22,170 bases of DNA from Octopus sinensis (lineage: Eukaryota). The notes beneath the pieces are model-generated. The model saw only the letters and a program-made list of their open reading frames with translations, searched no databases and was not told the DNA's origin. The position numbers were made by a program, and so were the translations under genes. Numbering within the stretch: the stretch's first letter is position 1; each line of letters opens with the position of its first letter. This document shows, one piece after another, positions 21,017 through 22,170 of the stretch. The stretch spans positions 1-22,170 of the forward strand of contig NW_021823657.1 of NCBI RefSeq assembly GCF_006345805.1. Direction: 5' to 3'.

Positions 21017-21240
21017 CAATATGGTTAATCCAATCATGAAAACACAAAGAGAAAACTCAACAACGCGAGGACGTTGACCAAGTATGATGTTATTGGACGC
21101 TGAGGAAAGGAAAGAAATAAGGAGGACTTAACGTTTCGAGCGGAGCTCTTCGTCAGAAACATAGAAAAAGGAAAGATCCAAGGAAGGGAAGACAGAGGGG
21201 AAAAAAATCACCAACGATACACACGCGGTAACATATTGAA
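21017..21240 (-). mobile_element. Penelope-like terminal-repeat (pLTR)/retrozyme-type fragment
   Basis: Contains the hammerhead motif listed below. The CTGANGA..GAAACGTT pattern is characteristic of PLE terminal repeats. It abuts a (TA)n tract. No RT or GIY-YIG coding sequence is seen. Confidence 0.55.
21126..21160 (-). ncRNA. Minimal type I hammerhead ribozyme motif
   Basis: The - strand reads GTTT CTGACGA A GAGC-TCC-GCTC GAAA C GTT AAGT. The core is intact and stem II has 4 bp. Stem III is palindromic (AACGTT, needs a dimer), the triplet is GUU, and stem I GTTT/AAGT has two G.U pairs. Confidence 0.7.
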
Positions 21241-21294
21241 CATACGTACATACACGCGCATTGACACATACGTGCACAGACACGCGCCGACATA

Positions 21295-21442
21295 CGAGCA
21301 AATCGACCCCAGGACTTATTCTTTGTAAGCCCAGTACTTATTCTATCGGTGTCTATTGCCGAACCGCTAAGTTACGGGGACGAAGACACACCTGCATCGG
21401 TTGTCAAGCGATGTTGGGGGGACGAACACAGACACACAAACA

Positions 21443-21478
<36 letters not shown>

Positions 21479-21646
21479 TGTAGATACGTACGACAGGCTT
21501 CTTTCAGTTTCTGGCTACCAATTGCATTCACAAGGCATTAGTCGGCCTGAGGCTATACTAGAAGACATCCGCCCAAGGCGCCACACGCAGTGGGACTGAA
21601 TCCGGAACCATGTGGTTCGTAACCAAGCTACTTACCACACAGCCAC
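21295..21646 (-). mobile_element. SINE family A, 3' end truncated
   Basis: cgagcaaatcgaccccaggacttattc...gccgaaccgctaagttacgggga...gggactgaatccggaaccatgtgg...cttaccacacagcca. Confidence 0.9.
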
Positions 21647-21741
21647 ATTTAATCACAGTTTTAGATCGAACGGATGTATTAGAAGCACCGCAAATTCAGT
21701 AGCGCATATTCAGGTAATGATGAACGTCAAATACGAAATTA

Positions 21742-21903
21742 GGTTCTTTACGTGTCTGTCTACCAAATCCACTCAAAGGTATTGGTCGGCCCGCCGGCAA
21801 CAGCAGAAGATATTTGCTGAAGTTACTACGTAGTCAGGCTGAACCCGCAACAATACGGTTGCGAAGCAAAATTCTTACAACGAACTCAGCCAGGCCTGTG
21901 CCT
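21742..21903 (-). mobile_element. Older diverged SINE family A 5' half
   Basis: tctaccaaatccactcaaagg..ttggtcggccc and gctgaacccg..ggttgcgaagcaaa.ttctta..cagcca.gcctgtgcct match the family A head. Confidence 0.7.
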
Positions 21904-21924
21904 GCAAGTGTATTTATTGTATGT

Positions 21925-22170
21925 GGAGGCGCAATGGCCCAGTGGTTAGGGCAGCGGACTCGCGGTCGTAGGATCGCGGTTTCGATTCCCAGACCGGGCG
22001 TTGTGAGTGTTTATTGAGCGAAAACACATAAAAGCTCCACGAGGCTCTGGCAGTGGGTGGTGGTGATCCCTGCCGTACTCTTTCGCCACAACTTTCTCTC
22101 ACTCTAACTTCCTGTTTCTGTTGTACCTGTATTTCAAGGGGGCCGGCCTTGTCACTCTCTGTGTCACGCT
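21925..22170 (+). mobile_element. tRNA-derived SINE family C, running off the window end
   Basis: A box TGGCCCAGTGG (21935-21945) and B box GGTTTCGATTCC (21978-21989). No proper acceptor or anticodon stem, so it is not a tRNA gene. The body continues as non-tRNA sequence. Confidence 0.85.

Noticed and set aside
21925-22000. tRNA gene (also considered at 2346 and 3298)
   Set aside because: A and B boxes are present, but the acceptor and anticodon stems do not pair and the sequence continues into SINE bodies.

Overview
Eukaryotic, AT-rich, repeat-saturated DNA. It is most likely intronic or intergenic Octopus (coleoid cephalopod) sequence; this assignment rests on my recognition of the SINE families and is not a database result. 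No intact protein-coding gene, tRNA gene, rRNA or CRISPR array can be supported, and most ORFs in the track are translated microsatellites. Supported content: three or four tRNA-derived SINE families (about 12 copies or fragments); two decayed mariner elements (one with measurable DD34D spacing); two fragments of an R4/Dong-type non-LTR retrotransposon (RT; zinc knuckle plus restriction-like endonuclease) bounded by (ATT)n; one non-autonomous Helitron with canonical ends; a 3.5-kb array of about 49 x 72-bp units with four open frames; a 5-unit array of 136-bp elements separated by (GATA)n; and many microsatellites. The most interesting unexplained signal is a set of four minimal hammerhead-ribozyme-like folds from three unrelated short-repeat families (13638-13675, 18526-18566, 19902-19935, 21126-21160). 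Three of the four sit in or next to (TA)n tracts, which points to Penelope-like or retrozyme-type elements. The second is the possible coding role of the 72-bp Ala/Thr array. A few weak candidate small exons are noted at low confidence.
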